The notes: a model not told the origin generated them from the letters alone. Shown: positions 48,919 through 58,632, counted from the first letter of the stretch. The stretch is 64,000 nucleotides of DNA from an uncultured Bacilli bacterium (GCA_934096315.1 CAKOLT010000002.1:4108-68107); one strand, 5' to 3'. Numbers and translations: made by a program.

Positions 48919-49920
48919 ATGAAAAAAATAATAAAAGGCATCGTAATTCTTTTAATAATCTTCTTAATAAGTATCTTTGTATACGACAGGAAAAACGAAG
49001 AAAAAAGCGAACTTACAAAATTAACTTTAGCAGAAGTAACACATAGTGTATTTTATGCCCCTCAATATGTAGCCCTATCCCTAGGATACTTTGAAGAAGA
49101 AGGATTAGATGTAGAATTAGTTTTAACAAGTGGTGCAGATGCGGTAATGTCTGCAGTGCTATCCGGAGATGTAGACATTGGCTTTTCCGGAACCGAAGCC
49201 ACAATATATGTATATAATGGTGGTGAAAAAGATTACATAATGACATTTGCGGGATTAACACAAAAAGATGGTAGCTTTTTAGTCTCAAGAAATAAAATAG
49301 ATAATTTCACTTTAGATGATTTAAAAGGAAAATATGTAATAGGAGGACGTGTCGGAGGAATGCCTGAAATGACCTTTGAATGGGCACTAAAAAGTAATAA
49401 TATAGATCCCCAAAAAGATTTAACAATAGATACTTCAGTAGCATTCCCAGCAATGGAAGGTGCATTCATCGGTGGTATCGGGGATTTTGTAACCTTATTT
49501 GAACCAAATGCTACATCGGTAGAAAAAGCCGGCTTAGGATATATAGTAGCTTATGTTGGTGATTTAGGAGGTAATGTACCATATACAGCATATAATGCCA
49601 GAAAAAGCTATATAGAAAATAATCCAAAAGTAATAAAAGGTTTCTCTAATGCCATAAATAAAGCTTTAAAATATGTCCAAGATAATACAAGTGAAGATAT
49701 TGCAAAATTAATACTAGACCAATTTCCAAACACTAGTTTAGAAGATATGATAACAATAGTAGACAGATACAAAACAGCAGAAGCTTGGAAAAAGAATATA
49801 ACCATAAATGAAGAAGAATGGAAACATATTCAAGAAATAGTAATTAGTGCTGGAGAATTAGACCAAATGGTAGATTATGACAAATTAATATATAACAAAT
49901 ATTTCCAAAATTATGAATAA
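48919..49920 (+). CDS. ABC transporter substrate-binding lipoprotein-like protein (NMT1/THI5-like, NitT/TauT family)
   Basis: N-terminal signal/anchor, then LTLAEVTHSVFYAPQYVALSLGYFEEEGLDVEL, typical of SsuA/ThiY-like binding proteins. Confidence 0.82.
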   Translation: MKKIIKGIVILLIIFLISIFVYDRKNEEKSELTKLTLAEVTHSVFYAPQYVALSLGYFEEEGLDVELVLTSGADAVMSAVLSGDVDIGFSGTEATIYVYNGGEKDYIMTFAGLTQKDGSFLVSRNKIDNFTLDDLKGKYVIGGRVGGMPEMTFEWALKSNNIDPQKDLTIDTSVAFPAMEGAFIGGIGDFVTLFEPNATSVEKAGLGYIVAYVGDLGGNVPYTAYNARKSYIENNPKVIKGFSNAINKALKYVQDNTSEDIAKLILDQFPNTSLEDMITIVDRYKTAEAWKKNITINEEEWKHIQEIVISAGELDQMVDYDKLIYNKYFQNYE

Positions 49921-50659
49921 CATACTAAAAGTCCAAAACTTAAAAAAAATCTACCACAGTAAAAAAGAGGAAGTATTAGCAATAGAAAACATAAATTTTG
50001 ATGTAAAAAAAGGGGAGTTCATTGCAATAGTAGGACCGTCAGGATGCGGTAAATCTACCCTTCTTGGAATTTTATGTTCCCTAGAAGAACCATCCGGAGG
50101 AGAAATTATTTATGACAAAAATATTAAAATAGCATATATGCTCCAGGAGGATTGCCTTTTTGATTGGTTAACAATATTAGATAACTGTCTTTTAGGCTTA
50201 AAAGTTCAAAACAACATAACCAAAGAAAATAAAGAAAAAGTATTAGAGCTACTTAATACATATGGCTTAAAAGAATTTATTAATAGTTACCCAAAAAGTC
50301 TTTCTGGGGGAATGAGACAAAGAGTAGCCTTAATTAGAACACTTGCTACAAACCCTGATATAATATTATTAGACGAACCATATTCTGCTTTAGATTATCA
50401 AACAAGACTAGCAGTCTCAGATGATGTGTATAAAATAATAAAAAAAGAAGCTAAAACTGTTATAATGATAACTCATGACATTTCGGAAGCCTTAGCAATG
50501 GCTGATAGAGTAATAGTGCTATCAGAAAGACCTGCTAAAATAAAAAAAATATTTGAAATAAATTTAACAGGAAAAACAACTCCTATAGAAAATAGAAAAT
50601 GTCCAGAGTTTGCCAAATACTATGATGAAATATGGAAGGAAATAGATATTAGTGTATAA
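49913..50659 (+). CDS. ABC transporter ATP-binding protein (NitT/TauT family)
   Basis: Walker A GPSGCGKST, signature LSGGMRQRV, Walker B ILLDEP. Overlaps the binding-protein gene by 8 nt. Confidence 0.9.
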   Translation: MNNILKVQNLKKIYHSKKEEVLAIENINFDVKKGEFIAIVGPSGCGKSTLLGILCSLEEPSGGEIIYDKNIKIAYMLQEDCLFDWLTILDNCLLGLKVQNNITKENKEKVLELLNTYGLKEFINSYPKSLSGGMRQRVALIRTLATNPDIILLDEPYSALDYQTRLAVSDDVYKIIKKEAKTVIMITHDISEALAMADRVIVLSERPAKIKKIFEINLTGKTTPIENRKCPEFAKYYDEIWKEIDISV

Positions 50660-51437
50660 AAACGAACATCAAAGATATCTAGCAAAACTAAGAAAAAAAA
50701 ACTTTTTTATAAAAATAACACAATTGCTAATAATTATTCTATTCTTAATATTTTGGCAAATCCTATCAGATAAAGAAATAATAAATCCTTTCATTGCATC
50801 ATCCCCCAAAAAAGTATTAGAAACAATAATAAACTTATACAATACAAATAGTTTATTTAATCATATTTGGGTCACGGTGTATGAAACATTAATAAGTTTT
50901 TCTACAGGAACAATACTAGGTATAATAATTGCAATTTTAATGTGGCGTAGTCCTTTTCTGGCTAAAGTTTTAGACCCATATTTAACTATTCTAAATAGTT
51001 TACCAAAAGTAGCTTTGGGTCCAATAATAATAATATGGGCTGGAGCAGGAACAAAATCAATAATAATAATGGCACTACTAATATCACTAATAATAACTAT
51101 AATAACAGTATACAACGGTTTTATGAGTACTGATATAAACAAAATTAAACTTTTAAAATCACTAAAGGCTACAAAACATCAAATATTAAGATTGTTAATA
51201 CTGCCAGGTAGTTATCAAACAATTATAAGCAGTTTAAAAATAAATATAAGTATGTCATTAATCGGAGTAATTATGGGAGAATTCTTAGTATCAAAAAAAG
51301 GAATAGGATACCTTATAATGTATGGATCACAAGTATTTAATCTTAATCTTGTAATTTCTGGAATAATAATATTAATAGTAGTATCATACTTAATGTACAT
51401 ACTAGTTACATTTCTAGAAAAAAAATTAATAAAATAA
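50652..51437 (+). CDS. ABC transporter permease (NitT/TauT family)
   Basis: 6-TM BPD-type permease with an EAA-like loop (LKSLKATKHQILRLLILPG). Overlaps the ATPase gene by 8 nt. Confidence 0.87.
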   Translation: MYKNEHQRYLAKLRKKNFFIKITQLLIIILFLIFWQILSDKEIINPFIASSPKKVLETIINLYNTNSLFNHIWVTVYETLISFSTGTILGIIIAILMWRSPFLAKVLDPYLTILNSLPKVALGPIIIIWAGAGTKSIIIMALLISLIITIITVYNGFMSTDINKIKLLKSLKATKHQILRLLILPGSYQTIISSLKINISMSLIGVIMGEFLVSKKGIGYLIMYGSQVFNLNLVISGIIILIVVSYLMYILVTFLEKKLIK

Positions 51438-51443
51438 ATCACC

Positions 51444-51471
51444 AAAAAACAGATGCTAACCATCTGTTTTT
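51444..51471. terminator. bidirectional intrinsic terminator
   Basis: ACAGATG (51449-51455) pairs with CATCTGT (51461-51467), flanked by A5 and T4. Confidence 0.75.
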
Positions 51472-52110
51472 AAGCGATAAAATGAAGTATCATAAAAAAG
51501 TGAAATATACTACCTGCTAAAACGAAAAAATGGAATATACTATGCATATATTTTTTCTTTTACCAATAGCATATAAACCGGCACCAATAGTATAACAAAT
51601 ACCTCCGATGACAAGAAACAAAATTTCATATTTATCCATGGCCCCAAATAGAGGGTTATAACATACAAGACAAGACCATCCAAGTAGTAAATGCAGTATT
51701 ACAGAAATAAAACTATACTTATCCACATCAATACAAGTAAGAACAATACCAACAATTGTAATTAACCAAACTATACCAAACCAAACCCATCCAAAAGCAC
51801 CCCCAATTAAAGCAAGGGTAATCGGAGTAAATGTCCCAGCTACCAAAAGATAAACATTACAATGATCGATAACCCTCATAACACCCTTAGCTTTCAAATT
51901 TTTAGAAAGACCATGATATATACAGGATATTAAATAAAGAAGAATCATTGTAGAACCATAAATTGAAGTGGTAACAACACTAATTGCATTATTACAATTA
52001 ACAATTAAGATAACAAGACCAGAAATACTAAGAAGTGCCCCTAGTCCATGTGAAATAGAATTTATAAGTTCCTCACTAAGTGAATAGTCAGGTATTCTAA
52101 TTTTTCCCAT
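51470..52110 (-). pseudogene. hemolysin III / PAQR family membrane protein, reading frame broken in an A6 run near the 3' end
   Basis: The track ORF 51517..52110 ends ...AIGKRKNICIVYSIFSF*. The -1 frame from the A-run (plus-strand T6 at 51551-51556) reads KYMHSIFHFFVLAGSIFHFFMILHFIA* to TAA 51470-51472. That restores the conserved His-containing last TM helix of the family. Confidence 0.7.
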
Positions 52111-52177
52111 ATTTTCCTCCTCATAGTAGTATTATACTATACATTTGACAAAACAAATATGAAATTTTTGTGAAAAT

Positions 52178-52204
52178 TTAGCAATCTATATTGACAAGTG
52201 CTAA
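52178..52204 (+). promoter_or_regulatory. CIRCE-like inverted repeat (HrcA operator) overlapping the htpG promoter
   Basis: TTAGCAATC-N9-AAGTGCTAA versus the consensus TTAGCACTC-N9-GAGTGCTAA, with one mismatch per arm. Confidence 0.6.
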
Positions 52205-52219
52205 AAATAGTGATATAAC
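52191..52219 (+). promoter_or_regulatory. sigma-A-like promoter for htpG
   Basis: TTGACA (52191-52196), 17-nt spacer, TATAAC (52214-52219). The -35 lies inside the CIRCE spacer. Confidence 0.55.
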
Positions 52220-52246
52220 TAAATTGTAAAAGAAAAAAGGAGGACA

Positions 52247-54139
52247 ATGGAGGTAAAAATGAAAAAACAATTTAAATCTGAATCAAAAAAAATACTTGAC
52301 ATGATGATTAATTCAATTTATACGAATAAGGAAATATTTTTGAGAGAATTAATTTCAAATGCAAGTGATGCTATTGATAAACTATACTATCAATCGCTTA
52401 CAAATAACAAAGTAAATGTTGACAAAGACAAGTTAGCTATTGAATTAATTGTGGACAGAGACAAAAATACTCTAACAATCAAAGATAATGGAAATGGTAT
52501 GAGTAAAGAAGAATTAGAAAACAACTTAGGAACAATAGCCAAAAGTGGTTCTTTAGAATTTAAAGAAAATAATAAGGAACAAAAAGATGTAAACATAATT
52601 GGACAGTTCGGAGTAGGATTTTATTCTGCTTTTATGGTAAGCTCCAAAATAGAAGTACTATCCAAAAAAGCTGGGGAAAAAGAAGCATATTTATGGACAT
52701 CTGAGGGAGCAGACGGATACACAATAACCCCAAGTAATAAGGAAGAAAATGGTACAAATATAACATTATATTTAAAAGAGGATACTGACAGTGAAAAATA
52801 TAGCGAACTATTAACAGAGTATCGTATAAGAAGTATTATAAAGAAATATTCAGATTATATACGTTATCCAATAAAAATGGAAGTAGAAAATAATAGACTA
52901 AAAGATGGTAGTGACAGTGAATATGAAACCTATAAAGAAGTAGTAACACTAAACAGCATGGTACCACTTTGGAATAAAGAAAAATCAAAAATAAGTGAGG
53001 AAGAATATAACAATTTCTACATGGATAAATTTAGTGATTTTCAAAATCCACAAAAAGTTATCCACTATTCTGTTGAAGGAATGTGTAACTACAAGTGTAT
53101 ACTATTTATCCCATCACATGCTCCATATGATTTCTACACCAAGGAATACAAGAAAGGCTTAAGTTTATATACAAATGGTGTTCTAATTATGGATAAATGT
53201 GAAAGTTTATTACCAGATTATTTTAGCTTTATAAAAGGAGTAGTAGACACAGATGATCTATCATTAAATATTTCTAGAGAAACATTGCAAAATGATTATA
53301 AAGTAAAACAAATAGCAAAAAATATAGAAAATAAAATAATAAAAGAATTAAAAAATCTAATGAAAGAAGATTTTAATACTTACAAAGATATATTTAAAAA
53401 CTTTGGAGCAGGAATAAAATATGGAATCTACAGCACATATGGTGCAGAAAAAGAAAAACTACAAGATTTATTAATATTTTATTCAGCTGAAAAAAAAGAT
53501 TATATCACTCTAAAAGAATACACAGAAAAGATGAAAAAATCTCAAAAGGAAATATATTATGCATGTGGTGAAAACAATGATAAAATAGATAGTTTACCAC
53601 AAGTAGAACAAGTTAAAAATAAAAACTATGATATTCTATATTTAACAGAATATGTTGATGAATTCGCACTGCAAGCCTTAAGAGAATTTGATGGTAAAAA
53701 ATTCACAAATGTTTCAGATAGTAATTTAGATTTAAATACAAAAGAAGAAAAAGAAGAACTAGAAAAATTAAATAATAATAATAAAGAAATGCTAGAGGCA
53801 ATGAAAGAAAGTCTCCCAGAAATTACTAAAATTGAATTTACAGGAAAATTAACTAATCACCCAGTATGCTTAACAACAAAAGGAAATATTTCAATTGAAA
53901 TGGAAAAAGTAATTAATGCTATGCCTGAGGGTGATAAGATACATGCAGAAACGGTACTTGAAATAAACAAAAACCATGAAATATCAAAGAAACTACAAGA
54001 ATTATACAAGAAAGATAAAGAAATGTTAGCAAAATACACTAAAATACTTTATTCTCAAGCAAGATTAATCGAAGGATTACCAGTAGAAAATCCAACAGAA
54101 ATAAGTAATTTAGTTGTAGATATAATATCTAAAAAATAA
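52247..54139 (+). CDS. htpG: molecular chaperone HtpG (Hsp90)
   Basis: FLRELISNASDAIDKL, GQFGVGFYSAFMV. 630 aa. The alternative start ATG 52259 is equally plausible. Confidence 0.95.
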   Translation: MEVKMKKQFKSESKKILDMMINSIYTNKEIFLRELISNASDAIDKLYYQSLTNNKVNVDKDKLAIELIVDRDKNTLTIKDNGNGMSKEELENNLGTIAKSGSLEFKENNKEQKDVNIIGQFGVGFYSAFMVSSKIEVLSKKAGEKEAYLWTSEGADGYTITPSNKEENGTNITLYLKEDTDSEKYSELLTEYRIRSIIKKYSDYIRYPIKMEVENNRLKDGSDSEYETYKEVVTLNSMVPLWNKEKSKISEEEYNNFYMDKFSDFQNPQKVIHYSVEGMCNYKCILFIPSHAPYDFYTKEYKKGLSLYTNGVLIMDKCESLLPDYFSFIKGVVDTDDLSLNISRETLQNDYKVKQIAKNIENKIIKELKNLMKEDFNTYKDIFKNFGAGIKYGIYSTYGAEKEKLQDLLIFYSAEKKDYITLKEYTEKMKKSQKEIYYACGENNDKIDSLPQVEQVKNKNYDILYLTEYVDEFALQALREFDGKKFTNVSDSNLDLNTKEEKEELEKLNNNNKEMLEAMKESLPEITKIEFTGKLTNHPVCLTTKGNISIEMEKVINAMPEGDKIHAETVLEINKNHEISKKLQELYKKDKEMLAKYTKILYSQARLIEGLPVENPTEISNLVVDIISKK

Positions 54140-54161
54140 AAAATTGAAAGGAGATGGTACT

Positions 54162-54542
54162 ATGTTACCAAGAAGAATATTTTTAGATAATATGTTAGAA
54201 GATTTAAATAAAGAGGAAGGCATGAAATGTGATATCTACGAGAAAAAAGGAATAATTCACATTGAAATGGATATTCCAGGATTCGAAAAAAAAGATATTA
54301 AAGTGGAAATGCACAAAGGAACACTTACAATTACTGCCGAGAAAAATGAGGAAGAAAAAGTAGAAAATGACAAAAAGTATTTAAGAAGAGAAAGAAGTTA
54401 TTATGGAAAATACCAAAGATCATTCTATCTAGGAGAAGTCAAAGAAAATGAAATAGAAGCTCACTTCAATAATGGTATTCTGAAAGTAACTGTTCCAAAA
54501 GAAGATGCAAATACTCATAAAAGACAAATAGAAGTAAAATAA
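54162..54542 (+). CDS. Hsp20 / alpha-crystallin small heat-shock protein
   Basis: Alpha-crystallin domain (IEMDIPGFEKKDIKVEMHKGTLTITAEK...FYLGEV...IEAHFNNGILKVTVPK). ATG 54162 follows AAGGAGA. Lies 22 nt after htpG. Confidence 0.88.
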   Translation: MLPRRIFLDNMLEDLNKEEGMKCDIYEKKGIIHIEMDIPGFEKKDIKVEMHKGTLTITAEKNEEEKVENDKKYLRRERSYYGKYQRSFYLGEVKENEIEAHFNNGILKVTVPKEDANTHKRQIEVK

Positions 54543-54559
54543 GGACGCAAATCCTTATT

Positions 54560-55282
54560 TTATTTTACTCTTAAATGTTTAAATACATCCTTAAGTTCTT
54601 TGTTAATTACTAAGTCTGCAATATTATCATACTTAGTACTATCCCGATTAACAATAACCAAATATTTTCCTTTAAAAAATTCAATAAGATTACAAGCGGG
54701 ATACACAGTAAGAGAACTTCCTAAAATAATTAGCATATCACACTTACTAACTGCTGATACAGACTCCTTCAAAATATGATCATCAATTGCCTCCCCATAT
54801 AGCACAACATCAGGTTTTACTATCCCACCACATTCACATCTACAAGTCCCACTTCCACCAAAAACATATTCAGCAGTATAAAATTTTTTACATTTCATAC
54901 AATAATTGCGATAAACACTACCATGAAATTCTAAAACATTTTTATTACCTGCTAGAACGTGAAGACCATCAATATTCTGTGTAATAATACACTTAAGTTT
55001 ATTTTCTTTCTCTAAATTATATAAATACTCATGTACAATATTTCCTTTTTTATGCAAAACATTCATTTTTTCTCTATAAAACTCATAAAACAAAGAAGTA
55101 TGATTCATAAAAAAATCATGACTAAGAATAACCTCAGGAGGATATTTATATTTCATCATAAAAAGCCCATTATTACTCCTAAAATCTGGAATACCACTTT
55201 CTGTACTAACTCCAGCACCAGTAAATACAACAATATTATTACATTCATTTATCATTTTTTGTAATTTTTCTATTTTATCCAA
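54560..55282 (-). CDS. cobB: NAD-dependent protein deacylase (Sir2 family)
   Basis: GAGVSTESGIPDFRS, QNIDGLH, Zn ribbon CMKCKK...CRCECGG. 240 aa. Confidence 0.88.
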   Translation of the reverse strand: MDKIEKLQKMINECNNIVVFTGAGVSTESGIPDFRSNNGLFMMKYKYPPEVILSHDFFMNHTSLFYEFYREKMNVLHKKGNIVHEYLYNLEKENKLKCIITQNIDGLHVLAGNKNVLEFHGSVYRNYCMKCKKFYTAEYVFGGSGTCRCECGGIVKPDVVLYGEAIDDHILKESVSAVSKCDMLIILGSSLTVYPACNLIEFFKGKYLVIVNRDSTKYDNIADLVINKELKDVFKHLRVK

Positions 55283-55338
55283 AATATCACATCCTAAAAA
55301 AATTATACATCAAAAATTTAAAAAAATAAATATTTATA

Positions 55339-55367
55339 TTGACAATTATAATTTATAGTAATATACT
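55339..55367 (+). promoter_or_regulatory. sigma-A-like promoter of the cadC-cadA operon
   Basis: TTGACA (55339-55344), 17-nt spacer, TATACT (55362-55367). Confidence 0.6.
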
Positions 55368-55373
55368 AATAAT

Positions 55374-55393
55374 AGTTGAATAAACATTCAACT
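55374..55393 (+). promoter_or_regulatory. perfect 8-4-8 palindrome, candidate ArsR/SmtB (CadC) operator
   Basis: AGTTGAAT-AAAC-ATTCAACT lies between the -10 and the SD of the repressor gene. Confidence 0.6.
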
Positions 55394-55406
55394 GTAAGGA
55401 GTTAAT

Positions 55407-55769
55407 ATGTCTAAAAATGAATTTATATGTGACTGTAATATAATCCATAAAGAAGCAGTCAACGAGGTTTTAAAAATTATACCTCCATTAGAAACATTTA
55501 ATAAATTAGCTAAATTATATAAATTGGTCGGAGATGCAACAAGATGTAAAATACTATTTATTCTAGATAAAAAGGAAATGTGCGTATGTGATATAGCAAA
55601 TGTATTAAACATGACAAAATCTGCTGTATCACACCAACTAGCAACATTAAGAACAAGTGGTATTGTAAAATGCAGAAAAATAGGAAAAGAAGTATATTAC
55701 GAATTAGATGATGACCATATAAAACAATTATTTGAAATTGCATTAGAACATATTAATCATCAAAAATAA
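55407..55769 (+). CDS. cadC: ArsR/SmtB family metalloregulator, CadC-like
   Basis: N-terminal Cys pair (FICDC) plus EMCVCDIANVLNMTKSAVSHQLATLR. Compare S. aureus CadC ELCVCDIANILGVTIANASHHLRTL. Confidence 0.8.
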   Translation: MSKNEFICDCNIIHKEAVNEVLKIIPPLETFNKLAKLYKLVGDATRCKILFILDKKEMCVCDIANVLNMTKSAVSHQLATLRTSGIVKCRKIGKEVYYELDDDHIKQLFEIALEHINHQK

Positions 55770-55785
55770 GAAAGAAGGTAAAAAA

Positions 55786-56013
55786 ATGAAAAATTATAAA
55801 TACAAAATAGAGGGACTAGATTGTGCTAACTGTGCTGTAGAATTAGAAAATGAATTAAATAAATTACAAACAGTAAATAATCTAACAATAAACTTCATTA
55901 TGCAAAAAATGACATTTACATGTAAAGAAGAAAATATAAAGAATACAATAAAAGAAATAGAAAAAGTTATAAGAAAAGAAGAACCAGATGTAACTATAGA
56001 GGAATTAGAATGA
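55786..56013 (+). CDS. stand-alone heavy-metal-associated (HMA) domain protein
   Basis: YKIEGLDCANCAVELENELNKL carries the CadA-type CANC metal site. 75 aa. The stop overlaps the ATPase ATG (ATGA). Confidence 0.8.
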   Translation: MKNYKYKIEGLDCANCAVELENELNKLQTVNNLTINFIMQKMTFTCKEENIKNTIKEIEKVIRKEEPDVTIEELE

Positions 56014-57860
56014 CAAAAAAAATGAAAAAGGATCTAAAAAAAATAATAATATCAATATTATTATTAATTCCAGCTTTACTAATAAGTTCAAAAATTAAAA
56101 TAATACTATTTCTTTGTTCATATATAGTTGTAGGGTATAATATAATAATAAAAGCATTCAAAAACATAAAAAGAGGAAAAGTTTTTGATGAAAACTTTTT
56201 AATGACAGTAGCAACTCTTGGGGCATTACTAATTGGAGAATTACCAGAAGCAGTAACTGTTATGCTATTTTATCAAATAGGAGAATTATTCCAAAGTTAT
56301 GCTGTAGGTAAATCAAGAAATTCAGTAATAGAACTAATGAGTATTAAACCAGATTATGCAAACGTAATTAGGGAAGATAAATTGCAAAAAATATCTCCTG
56401 AAGAAGTAGAAGTAGGGGAAATAATAGAAATCAAACCAGGAGAAAAAATTCCTCTAGATGGTATAATTACTGAAGGAGAAACACAGTTAAACACATTTGC
56501 AATAACTGGAGAATCAGTTCCAAGATTAGCAAAAGTAAAAGATGAAGTAATAAGTGGGTGTATAAACACAGAATGTAAAATAAAAGTAAAAGTTACAAAA
56601 AAATTTAAAGAATCCACAGTAAATAAAATATTAGAGTTAGTGGAAAATGCTAGTAGCAGAAAATCAAAATCTGAAAACTTTATAACAAAGTTTGCAAAAT
56701 ATTACACTCCAATAGTAGTTATCTGTGCACTTCTTCTTGCAATTATCCCTCCAATTGTATTAAACGAACAATTTAACATATGGATCTATAGAGCATTGTC
56801 ATTTCTAGTGGTATCCTGTCCATGTGCTCTAGTAGTGTCAATTCCCTTAAGTTTTTTCGGAGGAATTGGAGCCTCTTCAAAACTAGGAGTACTAATTAAA
56901 GGTAGTAACTATTTAGAAGCATTATCAAATACTGAAATAATAGTATGCGACAAAACAGGCACTCTAACTGAGGGAGTATTTGAAGTAATAGAAGTCTTAC
57001 CTCAGGAAATAAGCAAAGAAGAACTTTTAAAATATGCTAGTTATGCCGAATGCTACTCAAACCATCCAATATCAAAATCAATTCAACAAGCATATGGCAA
57101 AAAGATAAACTCATCCAAAGTAAAAGATATAAAAGAAATATCAGGAAAAGGAATAAAGGCAGTAATAGGGGGTAAAAATGTTCTTGTGGGGAATGAAAAA
57201 TTAATGCAAGAAAACAACATAAAAATTGTTAAATCACAAAACATTGGAACAATTATCTACGTATCAATAAACAATAAATTTTCTGGATCAATAACAATAT
57301 CAGACAAAATAAAAGATGACTCCTACAAAGCAATAGAACTATTCAGAAAAGAAAATGTAAAGCAAATAGTAATGTTAAGTGGAGACAAAGAAGAAGTTAG
57401 CAAACAAGTTTCTGAAAAACTGAAATTAAACAAACACCATTCAGAGTTATTGCCACAAGATAAAGTAAAAATAGTAGAAGAATTGCTAAAAGAAAAATCT
57501 CCAAAAGGAAAACTTGTCTTTATCGGGGACGGAATAAATGATGCTCCAGTATTAGCATTATCTGATATAGGCGTAGCAATGGGAGCTTTAGGATCAGATG
57601 CAGCTATTGAAGCCGCAGATATAGTAATAATGAATGACGAACCATCAAGGCTAGCAAGTGCAATAAAAGTATCACAAAAAACAATGAAAATAGTAAAAGA
57701 AAATATAGTACTTGCAATCACAATAAAAATACTAGTATTAATATTATCGGCACTGGGTATAGTCACAATGTGGGCAGCAGTTTTTGCCGACGTTGGTGTT
57801 TCAATACTAGCAATTCTAAATGCATTAAGGCTACTTACAATAAAACAAAGATTGGAATAA
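56010..57860 (+). CDS. cadA: heavy-metal (Cd/Zn/Co-type) translocating P1B-type ATPase lacking a fused HMA domain
   Basis: CPC motif (SCPCALVVS), DKTGTLT, GDGINDAP. 616 aa, starting directly at the first TM region. Confidence 0.9.
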   Translation: MTKKMKKDLKKIIISILLLIPALLISSKIKIILFLCSYIVVGYNIIIKAFKNIKRGKVFDENFLMTVATLGALLIGELPEAVTVMLFYQIGELFQSYAVGKSRNSVIELMSIKPDYANVIREDKLQKISPEEVEVGEIIEIKPGEKIPLDGIITEGETQLNTFAITGESVPRLAKVKDEVISGCINTECKIKVKVTKKFKESTVNKILELVENASSRKSKSENFITKFAKYYTPIVVICALLLAIIPPIVLNEQFNIWIYRALSFLVVSCPCALVVSIPLSFFGGIGASSKLGVLIKGSNYLEALSNTEIIVCDKTGTLTEGVFEVIEVLPQEISKEELLKYASYAECYSNHPISKSIQQAYGKKINSSKVKDIKEISGKGIKAVIGGKNVLVGNEKLMQENNIKIVKSQNIGTIIYVSINNKFSGSITISDKIKDDSYKAIELFRKENVKQIVMLSGDKEEVSKQVSEKLKLNKHHSELLPQDKVKIVEELLKEKSPKGKLVFIGDGINDAPVLALSDIGVAMGALGSDAAIEAADIVIMNDEPSRLASAIKVSQKTMKIVKENIVLAITIKILVLILSALGIVTMWAAVFADVGVSILAILNALRLLTIKQRLE

Positions 57861-57870
57861 ACCAATCTTT

Positions 57871-58602
57871 TTAAATATCAATAGTTCTTTTAATTTCTGT
57901 AACATATTTCTTTTTCAAAAACGTTATAACAGAAGTATAAACATCTTCTTTTCTATTACCAGTGAAGCAATCATGATTAACACCTTTAATATTAAGTAAA
58001 ATATTAACCCGTGACTTAACAGAATTATGCACATATTGACAACTTTCAATAGGAACAATCTTATCATTAGTGCCATGAATGATTAATATTGGCACAGTAA
58101 TATTTTTTGGACAATCATGATACTTATCAGTAAGTTTAGTAAATTGCATAGCAGTCGTAATAGGAACCTTAAATATCCTAGAAACAACAGTATGCATATC
58201 AAGTCCTCCAAAAATTTCAGGACTCTTCTTTAAACTAGTTAAAACATCAATTTTACCATTTTTAAAATACATATATCTAAATGCCGGAGCAGCCAAAACA
58301 ACTTTCTTGACATACTTATTATATTTATTAGCAATATGACACGCAATAACTCCACCCATACTATGTCCAACAACATAAATATTTTTATATCCAACACTAA
58401 TAAGTTTTTCCATTCTCTTTTCTGCAGCACTTATCCAATCGTTATAAGTAACACTTGCAATAAAAGTCTTATCATGACCAGGCAAAACAAATGTAAAAAC
58501 ATCAAAAGAAGAAACATACTGTAGTTCATTATAAAGTTCTCCATAATCATAAGAATTACCTGCAAATCCATGTATTAACAAAATAGCTTTTCTAAAAATC
58601 AT
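57871..58602 (-). CDS. alpha/beta hydrolase (esterase/lipase-like)
   Basis: HGFAGN..., nucleophile elbow GHSMGG, C-terminal ...VNHD. 243 aa. Confidence 0.8.
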   Translation of the reverse strand: MIFRKAILLIHGFAGNSYDYGELYNELQYVSSFDVFTFVLPGHDKTFIASVTYNDWISAAEKRMEKLISVGYKNIYVVGHSMGGVIACHIANKYNKYVKKVVLAAPAFRYMYFKNGKIDVLTSLKKSPEIFGGLDMHTVVSRIFKVPITTAMQFTKLTDKYHDCPKNITVPILIIHGTNDKIVPIESCQYVHNSVKSRVNILLNIKGVNHDCFTGNRKEDVYTSVITFLKKKYVTEIKRTIDI

Positions 58603-58632
58603 AACATCACCAATAACATTTTAACAAAAAAA

